The notes beneath the pieces were generated by a model that worked only from the letters and a program-made list of their open reading frames with translations, was not told where the DNA came from and made no database searches. The position numbers and the translations under genes were made by a program. Below are positions 48,331-61,380 of a DNA stretch of 64,000 nucleotides, in pieces (the stretch's first letter is position 1; the number at the start of each line of letters is the position of its first letter). The DNA comes from Vicugna vicugna (taxonomy: Eukaryota): positions 372,001 through 436,000 of the forward strand of contig MU061092.1 of NCBI GenBank assembly GCA_013265495.1. The letters are read 5' to 3'.

Positions 48331-49207
48331 CTCCCACGTCTCTGCTGATCCTGGGTCCGGCGCAGGTCCGGCATCCACCTGCAGCAGCGTCCTCACTGTG
48401 GCCGGGACGCACTTCTGCAGCGAGAACTGATGGCAGCCCCCTCCAGCCCCTCCCGCACGATGGCTGGACTGCGGGGTTTGCTCAGAGTCACCAGGGTGGT
48501 GGCCCCAGTTCTCCATAAAGACAACCCCCCGCAGTCGGCTTCCTTGCAAATGTGAGGCAGAAAAGCCTGGTGGTGGTGGGGTGAACCAGCAGGAACCCGA
48601 CATCAGGCCTGAAAATGATGTCAGAGCAAAGGACGTCAAAGGCGGGGAGGGAAGGGGTGCTGGGCGGTGGGGCCAGCACACAGCGGCAGGGGACAAGGTA
48701 ATTAACAGAGTTCTTCTGCACGGAAACTAGACAGAAACTCAGCCCCAAGTTTCTAGCCTTGTATGGCCCCATTCTGTTTCGGTCAAAGAATATTCTCTTC
48801 TCACACTTCACCGCACAAACTGCACACGTCTGTCTGTCTTGTACAGGAACACCAGCCGTGCCCTCCAGCAGGAGTCTTACAGGGAAACTGCAGCCATTTA
48901 AGATTAGACCAACATTACACCGCTTTTCAAATTCACATCTCTGCCCTTCACCACTGACAGCCTAGGAGTGTTCCAAAGGCCTCACAAAATGTCAGATTTC
49001 GAAGGGGCTTCAGGGAGCGTCGGGGCCACGGGAAGCCCCTGGAGCTCATGAGATCATCCCTGCCCACTGAATCCACCTGCATCTTAGGGTGATCGTGCGC
49101 GGCTCAGAGCTCGAGAAAATCACTCAGGAATGGTTCCTGTCCCAGGACTGGTCCTGGCTGGCCGTCAGAGCATCAGCTGAGAAGTCCGGGGCCTCAGGAC
49201 TTTCTGG

Positions 49208-50005
49208 TCTACACCTCACACGGTCAGAACGGCCACCATTAAAAAGCCTACACACAACAAATGCGGGAGAGGCTGTGGAGAGAAGGGAGCCCTCCTATAC
49301 TGTTGGTGGGAATGCGGTTTGGTGCGGCCACTACAGAGGACAGCGTGCAGTTTCCTTAAAAACTAAAAGCAGAGTCACCATAGGATCCAACAATCCCACT
49401 CTTGGGCATAAAACCTGGAGGGAAGCATAACTCAGACACATGCAGCTCAAAGTTCACAGCAGCATGTTTTACGACAACCAGGACGCGGAAGCAGCCTAGA
49501 TGTCCATCGACAGAGGGCTGGGTAGAGAAGCTGTGGTGTACATAGGCAACAGGATACTTCTCAGCCATAAAAAAGAATACAGTAATGCCATCTGCAGCCA
49601 CGTGGATGGACCTGGGGATCTTCATGCTAAATGAAGTAAGTCAGAAAGAGAAAGACAAACACCATATCATTATATGTGGAATCTGAACTATGACACACAT
49701 GAACTTATTTCTGAAACAGAAACAGACACACAGACATAGAAAACAAACTGATGGTCACCAAAGGGGAAAAGGTGGGGGAGGATAAGTTAGGAGTTTGGGA
49801 TTTGCAGATATAAACTATTATATATAAAATGGATAAACAACAAGGTCCTTCTGTGCAGCACAGGGGCCTGTACTCAATATTCTATAATAAATCACAATGG
49901 AAAAGAATAGGAAAAAGAATATGCATATCTATGTATAAACTGAATCACTTTGCTATACACCAGAAACTAACACAACTTTGTAAATCAACTTCAATAAAAA
50001 AAAGA
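49208..50005 (+). mobile_element. 5'-truncated L1 (artiodactyl-type 3' end), antisense to COL4A2
   Basis: GGGAGCCCTCCTATACTGTTGGTGGGAATG, GATCCAACAATCCCACTC, GAAACAGACACACAGACATAGAAAACAAACT; ends CAACTTCAATAAAAAAAA. Confidence 0.9.
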
Positions 50006-53000
50006 ACTTCTGTCTAGCAGTTTTGGGGTGGGAAGGGGAGGGGCCTGGGAGCCAGCTCCCCCAGCCGCTTCCATGCACAGCCAGGTCTCTCACGCGGGAC
50101 AGGTGAGGGAGCCGCTCGGGGAGGTGCAGCCCCTTCTGCGGCTCTGCCGGCCCTCCTCCTGGAAGCCCTCACAGCTTCACCTCCGCCCTCGCTCCGGGGG
50201 CTCCCTGCTGTCTCTCTGCTCCAGGCTGACCAGGCTCCAGGCACTGGGCCAGGTCTCTCGTACCTCAGGGCCTTTGCACATGCCTGTCCTCACGGCCTGC
50301 TGACTCTCAGGGCTCCCGAGGCTGTGGTTCAAGCCTCCGTAAGGACATTTTCCTGACCCCAACTTAGACCAGGGGCTCGCCAAGCTTGCTCCTCCCACAG
50401 CTCTCCCTGTGCTCACAACCATCTGTTTTGTGAGTGACTCGGGGCTCTGCAACCCCCAGCTCTGTCTGACAACAAAATGCAGGTTCCTCCCACAATGGAG
50501 CCAAAGACCAGGGTCTTCTATGTTCAGACCATTTTTCGGACCATAGGAATGAATCCATGACTTCTGAAGCCCGTCCAAAGCAGAGCTGTGCTGGGCAATA
50601 CTGTGGAGGGACCATTGCCCTCTTGTTCTGCCCACCCCCACCCCCAATTCCTTAAGTCACCTTCACATGTCACAGTATGTCCCCACAACCTCAGCTCCTG
50701 TCCGCTCTCTGCACAAGATCTGTGGGATGTCTGAGTGTCGGTGCTCCCGGACGGTCTGGCTGTACCCGCCTGCACTGTCGGGGGAGCGCCTTCCAGGCCT
50801 CTGCAATGGGGCCGTAGAGGGGGACCACCCAGACTGTGGCAGCCTTGGAAAAAGCGCTCAGGGTTAGACAGATAAATGAGACATCCCCAGCCGAGCTGGA
50901 GACAGGAAGCGAGGCCAGGGGTTTGGAATGCAGGACTCCCTCCTTGGGGGCCGGGTCCTGATAATATTTGAACCCCACTCCTCTGAGGGCCACGGTCAGT
51001 GCACCTGCTGTGACTCAGGAGGGTTAAAGGTTATGGAGAAAAAGTGAGTTTGCCCACGTGGGTCTTTGCCAGGCCGTAAAAGGAAGGTTTTCCACGCTTA
51101 GAAGACCTTCAGTAAGCGTGGAAAGCCTTCCTTTAAAATCAAATTTTAACTTCACATCAAGAGACGCCTCCTTAGTACCTTGGATGCCCCCGGGGCGGAG
51201 GACTGCCTGCAGTTCTGGTGGCCAACACTAGGTGGCAGCCAGTCGCGCTCTTTGGGAAGAGGACCCACCCCACTCGGCCTCAGACAGTTTTGCAAAGTGC
51301 AAGATTTTGGGATTGTTTTGGGTTAGAATGACACCCCCCGCAACCCCTGGAATGGACCAGAGGACATTTTCTGCATTTGTCATGGAGGCTAGCCGCCCAT
51401 GGGGGAAATTCTGATGACAATTTTGACTGCAGAATTCCAAGGGTGTCTAAGAGCTTGTCAAGTCCTGGTTTTCTTTTCACAGGGCGGTGAGCTAATCAGC
51501 AACGAACTGTCTTGCAGTCCCTTCCTTTCTGACTTGCTCAAAGGACCGTGTATCTAAATGTCTACGTTACAGACAGCTATTCGAGGGCCTGTAGGAGCCA
51601 GACCCAGTGCAGAGGGCCAAGAAACAGGGTTTGGACCCTGCGTGTGACTCGGCTAGAGCACCCCCAGACCAGAGCACTTACTGTGGGGAGCACCTGCCAG
51701 CGGGTAACTGACTCAGCCCCCACAACACCTCGGTGAGGGCGGCGCTGTTCTCATGTCGGTTTTGCCCCTGGGGGAGCAGAGGCTCAGGGTGGCGGGGGTC
51801 CCTCAGCTGGCTTGGAGGGGAGGGGCTTCCTACCCAGCTTTTCAGAACATTCCAGGAGTTGTTGTCACCGCACACCTGAACCTCCCTCGAGTCATGGATA
51901 TCGGTGTGGCCCCCGAGTGTATCTTTTTTACTGATCTTCATGAAGCTATAACCAAGCTCAAAGCAGACGGACAAGATGACCACAAAATAAACAGGTGTGT
52001 GCCCGGGGTTAATGGGAACCTACGCAAAACCGAGCCCACCGCAGCCCCACAGTGATCATCTAAAATTCTGCTTCTCTGCTTCAACCCCACGCAGCTCAAC
52101 TGGGGCCATTTCATGGCTCATTAATCCCCCCTCCTGCTCGAGTGACCGGGGCCAGAAACAGAAGGTGAAACTCAAACAAGGCAATTCTGTTACTTTTTAG
52201 CAACTCTGGCCAAAAGGTATGCCAGGAAGGTGCGGGGGCTGCAGGCTGCAACTCCCAGCTCTCAAAACTCTCCGGGGACAATGAGACGCATCTCCAACCT
52301 TTGTCGCTCTGGCTTCATGAAGACTCGTGTCGAACGGAGACTGTTGGAAAGATCTGACCATTCCTGAACGGTAAAAAGACCGAATCCTTAAGCATGTCCT
52401 GAACAAAGGGTTTAGCTGGCAGTTCTGAGAGAATAAGCTTCCAGATACAGGGACACCGTTAGAAAATCAAGGGTACACCATCTGGGAAAACAGGTTCAGG
52501 GCAGGCGGGGCCGTCGTGGCTCAGAGGCTCTCGCCTCCAACAGGACCTGAGACAGGAGACTGGGGGCAGTGCAAGCCGCCCGCCCCCTCTGATGGTGCCC
52601 GGACCCCCGGGTGGGGGGACGGGGGAAATGTCCAAACCAGCGGCTATCGGGCTGTGAACAAAGTAGACGGGTACAGAAGGGACTTCTAACTTGATGTCGG
52701 GAGAGACGTCACGAGGCAGAGGATGTTAGCGTTTCCTAGAATAAGTGTAAGAAGACAGGGTTCTCTGAGAGGTGCCAAAGGAAACGGCTGAGGACGCGGA
52801 GATGGGGCTCAGGGGTGGAAGGGTGTGAGAGGGCTGGCTGAGGTGTTAGCACCGGGGCCAGACGCCCGTAAGTCACACGGTGATGGGGACACCCATGCCC
52901 CTTAGCCACGTGGGGCTGTCAGGGTCTGGCGGTCCACACGTGACAGGGGTTGCATTCGTGTCGAGGCGAGACGTGCTCTCAGGAGGCCAGACCACCTGAA

Positions 53001-54146
53001 GGTACCTCACACATATCTGATCATGGACACATTAAATCACAATGTTGGGAACAACTCAGCTCCAGAGAAAGATCCAGCCTCGCTTTGAACTCGAGGACTA
53101 TAAGCCCTGAGCAGCCCGGACAAAGCCACGCGCCCAGTCAGCGGGGGAGCAGCCGGCGTGCAAGGTCGCTCACTCCTCACAGTCTGCGCTGCCCTGAAGT
53201 TTCACTCTGGGGGAGGTTAAACGGCAGACAGGAAGGCCAGATAAAAATTCAGCCCTCCTTCCTTACATCTTTAAAAGTAACTAACACTTTGGAAATTGAT
53301 CCGCAAAGCAGTTTTGCAAAGACATTATAAGAACAATAATACCCAGGGCACTGGGGGACATTCTGGAGATACTGGCCAGTCAGAGCCGCGTGGCGGCCAC
53401 TCCCTGCGCCACGCAGGGTGCGGGGGCTGGCGGGTCCGGCCCCCGCGAGCGCTGCATCCCGACGGCAGGCACGGTGCCCCCCCGTGGGTGGCTCTGCAGA
53501 TGGCTATCGGGACATCCCAGGCTTCCCTCCCAAGGCGCCCCGGTTCACAGTGATCATTCGGACGGACACTGAACACACATCCGCAGTTAAAAACAGAACA
53601 ACAACCCCGAGAAACTGATCTCTTTTCAGTCTGGTGGGAAGATAATGGATGGCTCATTTGTCCAGACATGAGACCCGGGGTCCTGGGCGAGAGGAAACCA
53701 GATGACATTAACAGCCATTCCAGAGAAGTGACTCAGCCGCTGCACTGCTCTCATGGCCGGGGCCAGCACAGCCTCCAGAACGTTCGGTCTTCTCAGCGGC
53801 ATTTGTTGAAGGAAAAGAAAAGGGCGGTTTCACCACCAAGTGGAAGGAAGTGCTGAAGACATGGCCTTTCCAGGGTGTGAGCTCGTCCCCGATACGCCTC
53901 CTGTGCAGAGAGGTCCCACTGAGAGCACCGTGTGGGGCGGGCAAAGGGGCCTGGGGCCCACGTCACAGACGGGGCACCTGCGGAGAGCAAGCGAGCGCAG
54001 GCCGAGCGTAGATGTGATCGCCCTGGGCGTTCCTGCCTCCCCTGGGCGCTGGAACAGCCCAGCGTGGGTGCGCCGTCTCGGACGAGGAGGTCAGCCTCTC
54101 AGTGGGGTGCAGCCCCAGAAAGCCCCTCCCTGGACGCCTCTGCAAG

Positions 54147-54168
54147 GTGTGTGTGTGTGTGTGTGTGT
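54147..54168. repeat. (GT)11 microsatellite
   Basis: Read directly. Confidence 0.92.
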
Positions 54169-57100
54169 ACTTTGCTCTCCATCACCACTGTGGCCCTCTG
54201 GGCTCGTCCTATTTGAACTCCGGGTACACAGGTGGGAGCTGGGCCATTTCTCTCTGCACAGGTGCCTGGCCACCGAGAGGGCCTTCTGCGTCCAGACAGT
54301 CCTCTCCCTCCGTCCTGCAGGGCCCGTGGTCCCAGCAGGGCCAGACGGGCACCTTGCAGGCTGGTGTCTGCACTGATGGTGTCCCCGCACCTGCAGGCCC
54401 CTCACGTAGCTCTGATTTCAGACACACGCTGGTCACGAAGGACAAGGTACTGACTGGTTTACACCTGGGATTCATGGTTAATGCGGTCATGGATTTACTA
54501 GCTGCTCAGTGTGGCAGTGAATTGTTTTCCCCAAATGCCCCTCTTTGTCATGCAGAGCAGGAGCACTTTCCTGGAAGCTTGGCTCTGATGTGCCAGGAGA
54601 CGCGGGAACAGAGGCCTGAGCCCTGCACTTGGCGTGGCTTCCCCTCGTACTGATGGTTCGTGAGAAAGTGACTCCCAGCGACCAGCAGCTGCCGCTCCTG
54701 TAGCTGCCTTCAGCTCCCCCCGAGCCCCACCCCAGCCATCAAGGTGCCGGCGACCCCGGCTTGCTTCTGGGAAGTTCTCTGCCAACACGCTGATTGGCGT
54801 GGACACCAAAGGCCCCCAGCTCTCTCCCCTTTAAAAAAACTCCAGAAATAAAAAACCAGGGGGGAAAACGAGTTGACTTCAAATGGTCTATAAATGACTC
54901 AGCTGGGACTTGAGAACTCCACAGCCACAGGGGCCACCTGCACCCAACAGGGCGCCCGGCGGCCGGCGGGGAGAGAAGCAGGCGTGAGGCTGGACGGCGG
55001 CCCCTCTCTGAGCGCCTGCCCGGCCTCGGGGCCTCCCGCCCGCAGTCTCGTCCAAGTGGAAGGTCCCCGGTGAAGTCCCGTGCCCTCCTAGGACGGGGGC
55101 CGGCCCCGTCTGGCACTGTCCAGCGGGCATTTCTGGGACACAGACGTGAAACCCCAGGCGTCCACAGGGCCCAGCCCTCGAGAGAGTCCGCACCACCAGC
55201 CACCCTCCCCCAGCACCGCTAGGGCGTCGGCCGGGGCTCATTTCCTGCTGGTCCTCAGAGCGAAGACCACTTTCCAACCACAATCCACTTGTTTGAGCTC
55301 AGAGATAATCTGCTGTGTTTGGATTTTACAGGGATTTTATAATTCCTCCAGCCCACATCTCCCGCCAGCTCCGACCCAGTCCCCCTTTCTCTTCTCAACC
55401 CGTGGCCTTAAAAAGTGGTCTGGACTTCACCCTTCCTCCCGGGACGTCTGATGCCGCAGACACCCCTGGGAGTGATGGGTCCCCGCCCCTCTGCTGGGGC
55501 TCCCCGTCCTCCTTTCTGGGCTTCTTCCTTGTCTCCTTAAACGGTGCTGCCTCAGACGCCCACCCCGCGCCCTGACCTTACTGCACACACCTGCCCAGGT
55601 GAGCCCGCCCCAAGGGCCTGCCCTGTGAGGCAGCTGCCCCCCCAGACGTCAGCGCTCCAGGGCGTCTCCGGGAGACGGGCTTTCGGCCTCTGCTGGGCAG
55701 TGCCTGCTGGCAGGGTGGCCGCCATGCCACATTCAGACCTGCACCTCCAACCCAAACCACGGTCTCCCGAACACTGTGGGTGGCAGCGTGTTTGTTGAAT
55801 AAAGGAATGATCAAAATATACAGATTTTTACAAGTTCCACATTTTCCAGGAAGAGCAGAACCTTCCAATGTATGCTGGGATCCAATGAGCTGCAATGACC
55901 CAGAAAGTTTACCTTAAAAAGGCAAAAAACTTAAATAAGAGAAATTGAAACACACCATTATTATATGTTTACCTGATACTTTTTCACCTTGAACAGTAAC
56001 TAATCCAGAGACACAGCTGAAGACCTTTTAGACCAAGAGAATCCTTCAGCATACAAACGGGTATGAAACCGAGTGAAGTGCCTCGGTCTGTCCGAGCTGA
56101 GCCTGACCAAGTCCAGTTTAGGAAGTAACAGAGCTGAACAGTTTCCTACAACAAAACACGAACTTTGAAGAAGCTTTTGAAAACCAAGCCTCATTGGTTT
56201 TAGTTCCCACGGGCAGGCAAACAAACAAAACCCCATTGTCTCCTCTAAACACATCACGCTGGGTCCCCGAGGTTCCGCGGCAAACACCTCCGTGAGATCT
56301 GTGCGACGCACACTGTACCTTGCGTGACCACAGCGACTGCACGATTCCCTGAGAAGCGCACGGACCACGCTGCAGTGAGGCGCTTCTGCTCCCTTGAGCA
56401 AAGTCAAGGGATTCGAGTACAGACTAGGTTTTCGTTTAAATGAGGTTTCTGCCCGTAAACATCTTCTCTGTCTTCCCCTCACCCACTCCCCCAGCCTGAC
56501 ATCCGGCCATCAGTACCTATGGAGTATCCGTGGGATAAACAAATGGTAACGGATTTTATAAACAAAGTGGCAAAACTGAGCAACTGTCGGATACAGAGCC
56601 CTGCTAAGCCAACTGGACGGTCAGGAGACAAGCAGGCAGCGCGTGGGTGTGTCCTCGGGGCCTCAGCGGAACTCAGGGAGCTCGGCAGACGTGCTCTGCT
56701 CAGAGGCGCTGCAAGCCCGAGAGTTGCAGCTGCTTTTTGTTTCAAATGTAAGTTTATTTGTGAGACTGTTTTTTTCTTTTCCCCTCTTGAATAGTTCTCC
56801 GCCGAAACTTACAGAACGGAATGCTGGCCGAAGCGCTGAATTCCTGAAGCTTCAATGAGTACCTCCAAATATGTGCATCTAATGTGCATCCCTGCAGGGC
56901 GGTGGCAACCTGGGCCCATCACCTCAAACGCTTTGTTTGCTGAATAAGTCGTTCTTTTCTCCTGTTCACTAAAGCAGAATTGGGACTTCCTCTTTAATCT
57001 ATTCGATTATGAATAGTATAATGAAGGTTTCAATTGCTGCCATTTTTCTCCCTTTGCAAAACAATAGTCAGAATGATAATCATCCTGTTTTTTTCTTCTG

Positions 57101-57260
57101 TGTGTGTGTGTTTTATGTAAACAATGATAAATGAGGGTCACACTCGAGGACCCAGACACCAGGTTAGTGCAGGATATTTAAAACACTGGGACTTCCCGTG
57201 GTCTCTCGATGATCCCGGTGCACGTCTGAACACCTATGGAGTGGCACTTTTCCTACTGTG

Positions 57261-57349
57261 GTTTCTTTTCAGTGGCAGTGCTGGGGACTGAACCCAGGAC
57301 CTCGTGCATGCTAAGCACGCGCTCCACCACTGAGCTCTACCCTCCCCCC
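57261..57349 (-). mobile_element. tRNA-Ala-derived SINE (camelid vic-1 type), near full head
   Basis: Minus strand GGGGGAGGGTAGAGCTCAGTGGTGGAGCGCGTGCTTAGCATGCACGAGGTCCTGGGTTCAGTCCCCAGCAC with A and B boxes, then a short A-rich tail. Confidence 0.88.
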
Positions 57350-59184
57350 AGCAGTTGTTGTTTTAACCAACTTTTGAGTTAATGAAAGTTGGCCTCTGAC
57401 TCCTGATTCCAGCTTATATGATATTGGGGGGGGGGAGGAACAAAAGGTTCCATCCAACCAAAGTTTCAAGAGCCGGGAAGTGAATTAATGCTCAGAAAAC
57501 ACCAAAAATCTTCCTCAGTTTCTCATCTGCTATGAACTTTCCCAACTTTATTACTTCTATGAACTGGTCTCCAAAGGTTTTAGAAAAGATTAGGTTGACG
57601 TCACAAACACACCCTACAGGAATGGATGAGTGGAGGTTACTACCCCGGCCGGCTGGTCACGGCGGCTGCAGGACTGGCCAGCACACAGACTTTATGACAG
57701 TTTAGAAATGCAGCTGGCTGTGTGTTTTGGAGAATCTGTCTGATTACTGCACATGGTGACTGTTCGCATTGAGAGTACAGAACAGATCCAAGAACATGAG
57801 CTTCTCTTAGCCTTGCGACGATTACTAAAGTCATCAAAAATTTTAATCAAGCGTCTTACAGAAGGAGCTTGTGCAATTACCAAGCTGCAGAAGCCGTGAC
57901 CGCAGCGAGCCCCGCTCAGAGCCCGCCTCCTCTCGGCCTTGAGGCCGCATGTTTTCCCCCTGAGAGGAGCAGGTGGTCTCTCAGATCCCTGCCAGGAGAA
58001 CCGTGGCTTGCAAACCGGGCCAGATTAAAATAAACCAGAGTAGCTGTGTGGGAATTTACATTTTAAAACATTTTCACAGCAAACCTTCCCACATTTAAAT
58101 CATTTTTGAAGAGTTTCCACATTTTCATCGATTTCACAAAAGTGGATTGCGTCACCTGGGGAATGATACGCACTTGGGGAACGAGAGGTTTTGCAAGACC
58201 TGGGCTGCCTCCCACACGCTTGTTATTTGTCAATTTGTGGGAAGGAAAAGAGGTAAAATGGGTCAGATTTGCACGACTTGAGGTCGGGGGCGGACTGCAT
58301 GCAAGGAGCCCCTCTGAAACCCACTGTGGGCAAGGCCGGCCTCATCCTCCTTCCTGGACCAAGTCAAGACAAGACGGTTCAATCCTGCCCCAAACGGCAA
58401 GATTATTAAAAGATACCAGCTAGTGGGTTCTCTGGTTATTTGATGAGTGTGTTTCTCAACCGCGTTCTCCACCACGCAGGTTGGAGGGTGTGTGGGGAGG
58501 ACACCTGTCTGATTCTGCCGTGTCCTCGCTGCGTGACTCTGGGCAGGTGGGGAGCCTCAGCTCCCGTGTCTGACGTGAGGGGTTCCAGGACGGCTCCGGA
58601 GCCCAGCGGCCACACCGAGGCTGCGGTGGTCACTGCTCCCCTCTCCCTGCCCTCCCCTTCCTTCTGCTGTTTCTCAAACGTCCTCCACAAACCCCACCAG
58701 TACCCCGGGTGCACGACGCGCACCCTCCCTGGGCTTTCCTGCCAGCGAAGAAGGTCCTTGCAGCTGACACCTGGCACGTGTGCTGGGTCCCTTTTGATAA
58801 AATGGGCTCACTGAACCAAAACGGATACAGTTAGACACTCAAGGAAAAGAATCTGTTTTTAAAAAATGAATTTGGCCCCCAAAGGGAAGTTTAAAAAAAT
58901 CAGTCTAAATTACTTTGGTTAGAGGTCTCACAGCTACTCACAAGGTGATGGTTGCCGACCCTGGTCGGCCCCTGGGTGGACAGCGCGGGTCCCCCGCCTA
59001 GCCCATGTGCACTTCCCTGTTAATTTCAAAGGCAAGGATGAGCCCAAACTTGTATCTCTGATCTGCCGCTGATTGTATTCCCTGCTGTGAAGTCAAGAGG
59101 CCGTTGGATATGCGTTTCATTATTTTTAGTTGCATGTAAATAAACATAGTTCACACTGTGCCCCACTCTCTCCCAAGCAGTATG

Positions 59185-59441
59185 TAAAAATAGCAAAAAA
59201 AAAAAAAAAGGAAAAAAAAAAACACAAAAAAAAAAAAAAAAAAAAAAAAGCCATGGAAAANNNNNNNNNNNNNNNNNNNNNNNNNNNNNNNNNNNNCCCC
59301 CAAAAATGAAAAAAAAAAAAAAAAAAAAAAAGGAAAAAAAAAAACCCACAAAAAACAAAAAACAAAAACCAGCCATGGAAACAATCAAGAAGGAGAGGGG
59401 ATGAGAAAAGGAAGAGGAAGCAGAGGCAAAAAAAAAAAAAG
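59185..59441. repeat. A-rich low-complexity tract containing a 36-N assembly gap (59261-59296)
   Basis: Poly-A runs on both sides of the N run. Confidence 0.92.
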
Positions 59442-61224
59442 AAACTGAGTTTTGATTCAGATTTTTGCATTTTTCTAAAAATAACATCAAAGCCCTCAAA
59501 ATACTTGAGGTCCTCTTTGCAGGAAGCTGCAGTGACTTGTGAATTTTCCCAGGTAGACAGCTTCTTCCCTGGGTCTGACATGCCTGGTTTCAGCCAGAAG
59601 TAGCCCGTCTTTTCAAATTAGAGCGCCGATAAAATGCAACTTTAGAGAATCTTTTCACAGGATTTCAAATAACACAAAGACACAGAGGAATGCAAATACC
59701 CGGGGTGGAAGCGGTGTTCTAAGTGTCTTCTCGCAGCCCCCGGCCCGGAGCTGATTCCTACTCTTGCCCCAGACCCACCCACTCAGTCTCCTTCACGGCC
59801 ACAAAGGGCCATTCATCCACTTGGAGTTGGTGTAATTATTTCTATCGCTTTTGGCCACAGCTCATGTGATCCGTCATTCCCGCGGCCATGGGACTCTGTA
59901 AGTGGCAGTCCTGTTCAGAGCCAACACTTCTGGCCTCCAGTTTTGATGGACTCCCCGAACATCCGCTTTTCCGAGGTTATGAAATATGCCACCCACAGTG
60001 CTCTTAAACAAATTTCCTAATAGAAAAATCTGTATCCATCACTGAGTGGGGATGAGAAACTAGAAATTCATTTGTAAGTTTTTCTGGAATGCTCGTCTTT
60101 TCCCCATCAAACCCAGAAACACTAACGACCTGACGCCCCCTTCAGACGACAAGGACACAGGCCCTGGAGACAGAGGGGCGGCTTGTGATGTCGGGAGTGG
60201 GTGGGGGGCTCCTCGGTCCCGGGGCTACACAAACCACTTCCCCGTTCAAGCTGCATTTGGCAGAAGCTCCTTTAAGTAGGAGCCCAAGGCTCCTGTGACG
60301 CACTTACAAGTAAACCGGCTGTAGAATTATCTTCAGACAAACATCAATGGGGGCGTGTAAGCAGTGCGCCAGAGGAGGCTTCCAAAAAGTCTCTGACTGT
60401 CATGTAATATTAACAGGACCGTGCTGCGGTCCTGGCAGACCCGCTCGGGCCCCGAGCTGCATTATGACCAAGGATGGTAGGGCTGCGAACAAGCCCAGAT
60501 TAGTCACGTCCTTGGAACCTGGGCTCGCAGGAAGAGGTCCAGGCTCAAGGCTTCAGGGGATTCAACGCTCTGGTTTGAAACACAAAATAAAGTCACAGAA
60601 CATCTGTGTGGTTACCAGACCTTCCTGCTAAATGCTCTCCGCGATACAAGTTGACATCTTCAGCAGTTTAAAAATATTTGCGACTCTTTAAATATTGACA
60701 TGGTTCTATTTCAGTCTTAGGGGTTGGAAGCTACCTTTCATTCTTTCCTTATAGGATAAAAAAGGGTCAACCTAGTCACTTCTAATAAAATCCTGGATGG
60801 CTTCATTTTAGACTGTCACGGAATTTAATTACAAGATGTTCTGTCCTTATCTTTTGGAGATCATGAGTAACTTGAAAAATGGGTAATCAGTGTGTCTGAC
60901 ATTTTGCTAAAAGCCAGCCAAGGAGTCGTGGAGGCATGTTCTCCGGAAAATAAAATGATTCGATTCCACAGAACTTCTTGCTGGACGTTCCTGTCCAAGC
61001 ACAGGGTTCCCCCAGGGAAGCCGAGGGCGAGTCCACCCTGACTCTGGGAGCATGTGCTTGTGTGGGAACCAGCCGGACCCTTTAGTTAGAGTGAGAGAGA
61101 CCAGCCTGCTCTCACAAGCACCCAGCTGGTTGTCCAAAATCCCTCTCCAGCTCATTATTCAGTCGCACAAATCCCAGACGACAGGTTCCCATTTGAAAAA
61201 ACAACGGGCAGTCAATATTGGTTC

Positions 61225-61380
61225 ACGAGTTGTAAGAAATGCACCACGTTAATGAAAGATGTTAACGAGGAGCAGCTGGGGTGGGAGGTGGGCGAGGGGG
61301 TACAGGAACGCTCCGTACTTTCCGCATAATTTTTCTGTAAATCTAAGGCTGCTCTAAAGAGAGAAAGTCGATTTAAAATT
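61225..61380 (+). mobile_element. Old L1M (MC/MD/ME-like) 3' terminus
   Basis: AATGCACCACGTTAATGAAAGATGTTAA...CTCCGTACTTTCCGCATAATTTTTCTGTAAATCTAA. Confidence 0.72.

Noticed and set aside
57273-57349. Possible tRNA-Ala(AGC) gene
   Set aside because: Acceptor stem unpaired, SINE-type GGGGGAGGG head and A-rich tail, and four sister copies in the window; called as a SINE
59026-59581. Phe-rich, apparently membrane-like ORFs
   Set aside because: Reverse translation of poly-A runs across an N gap
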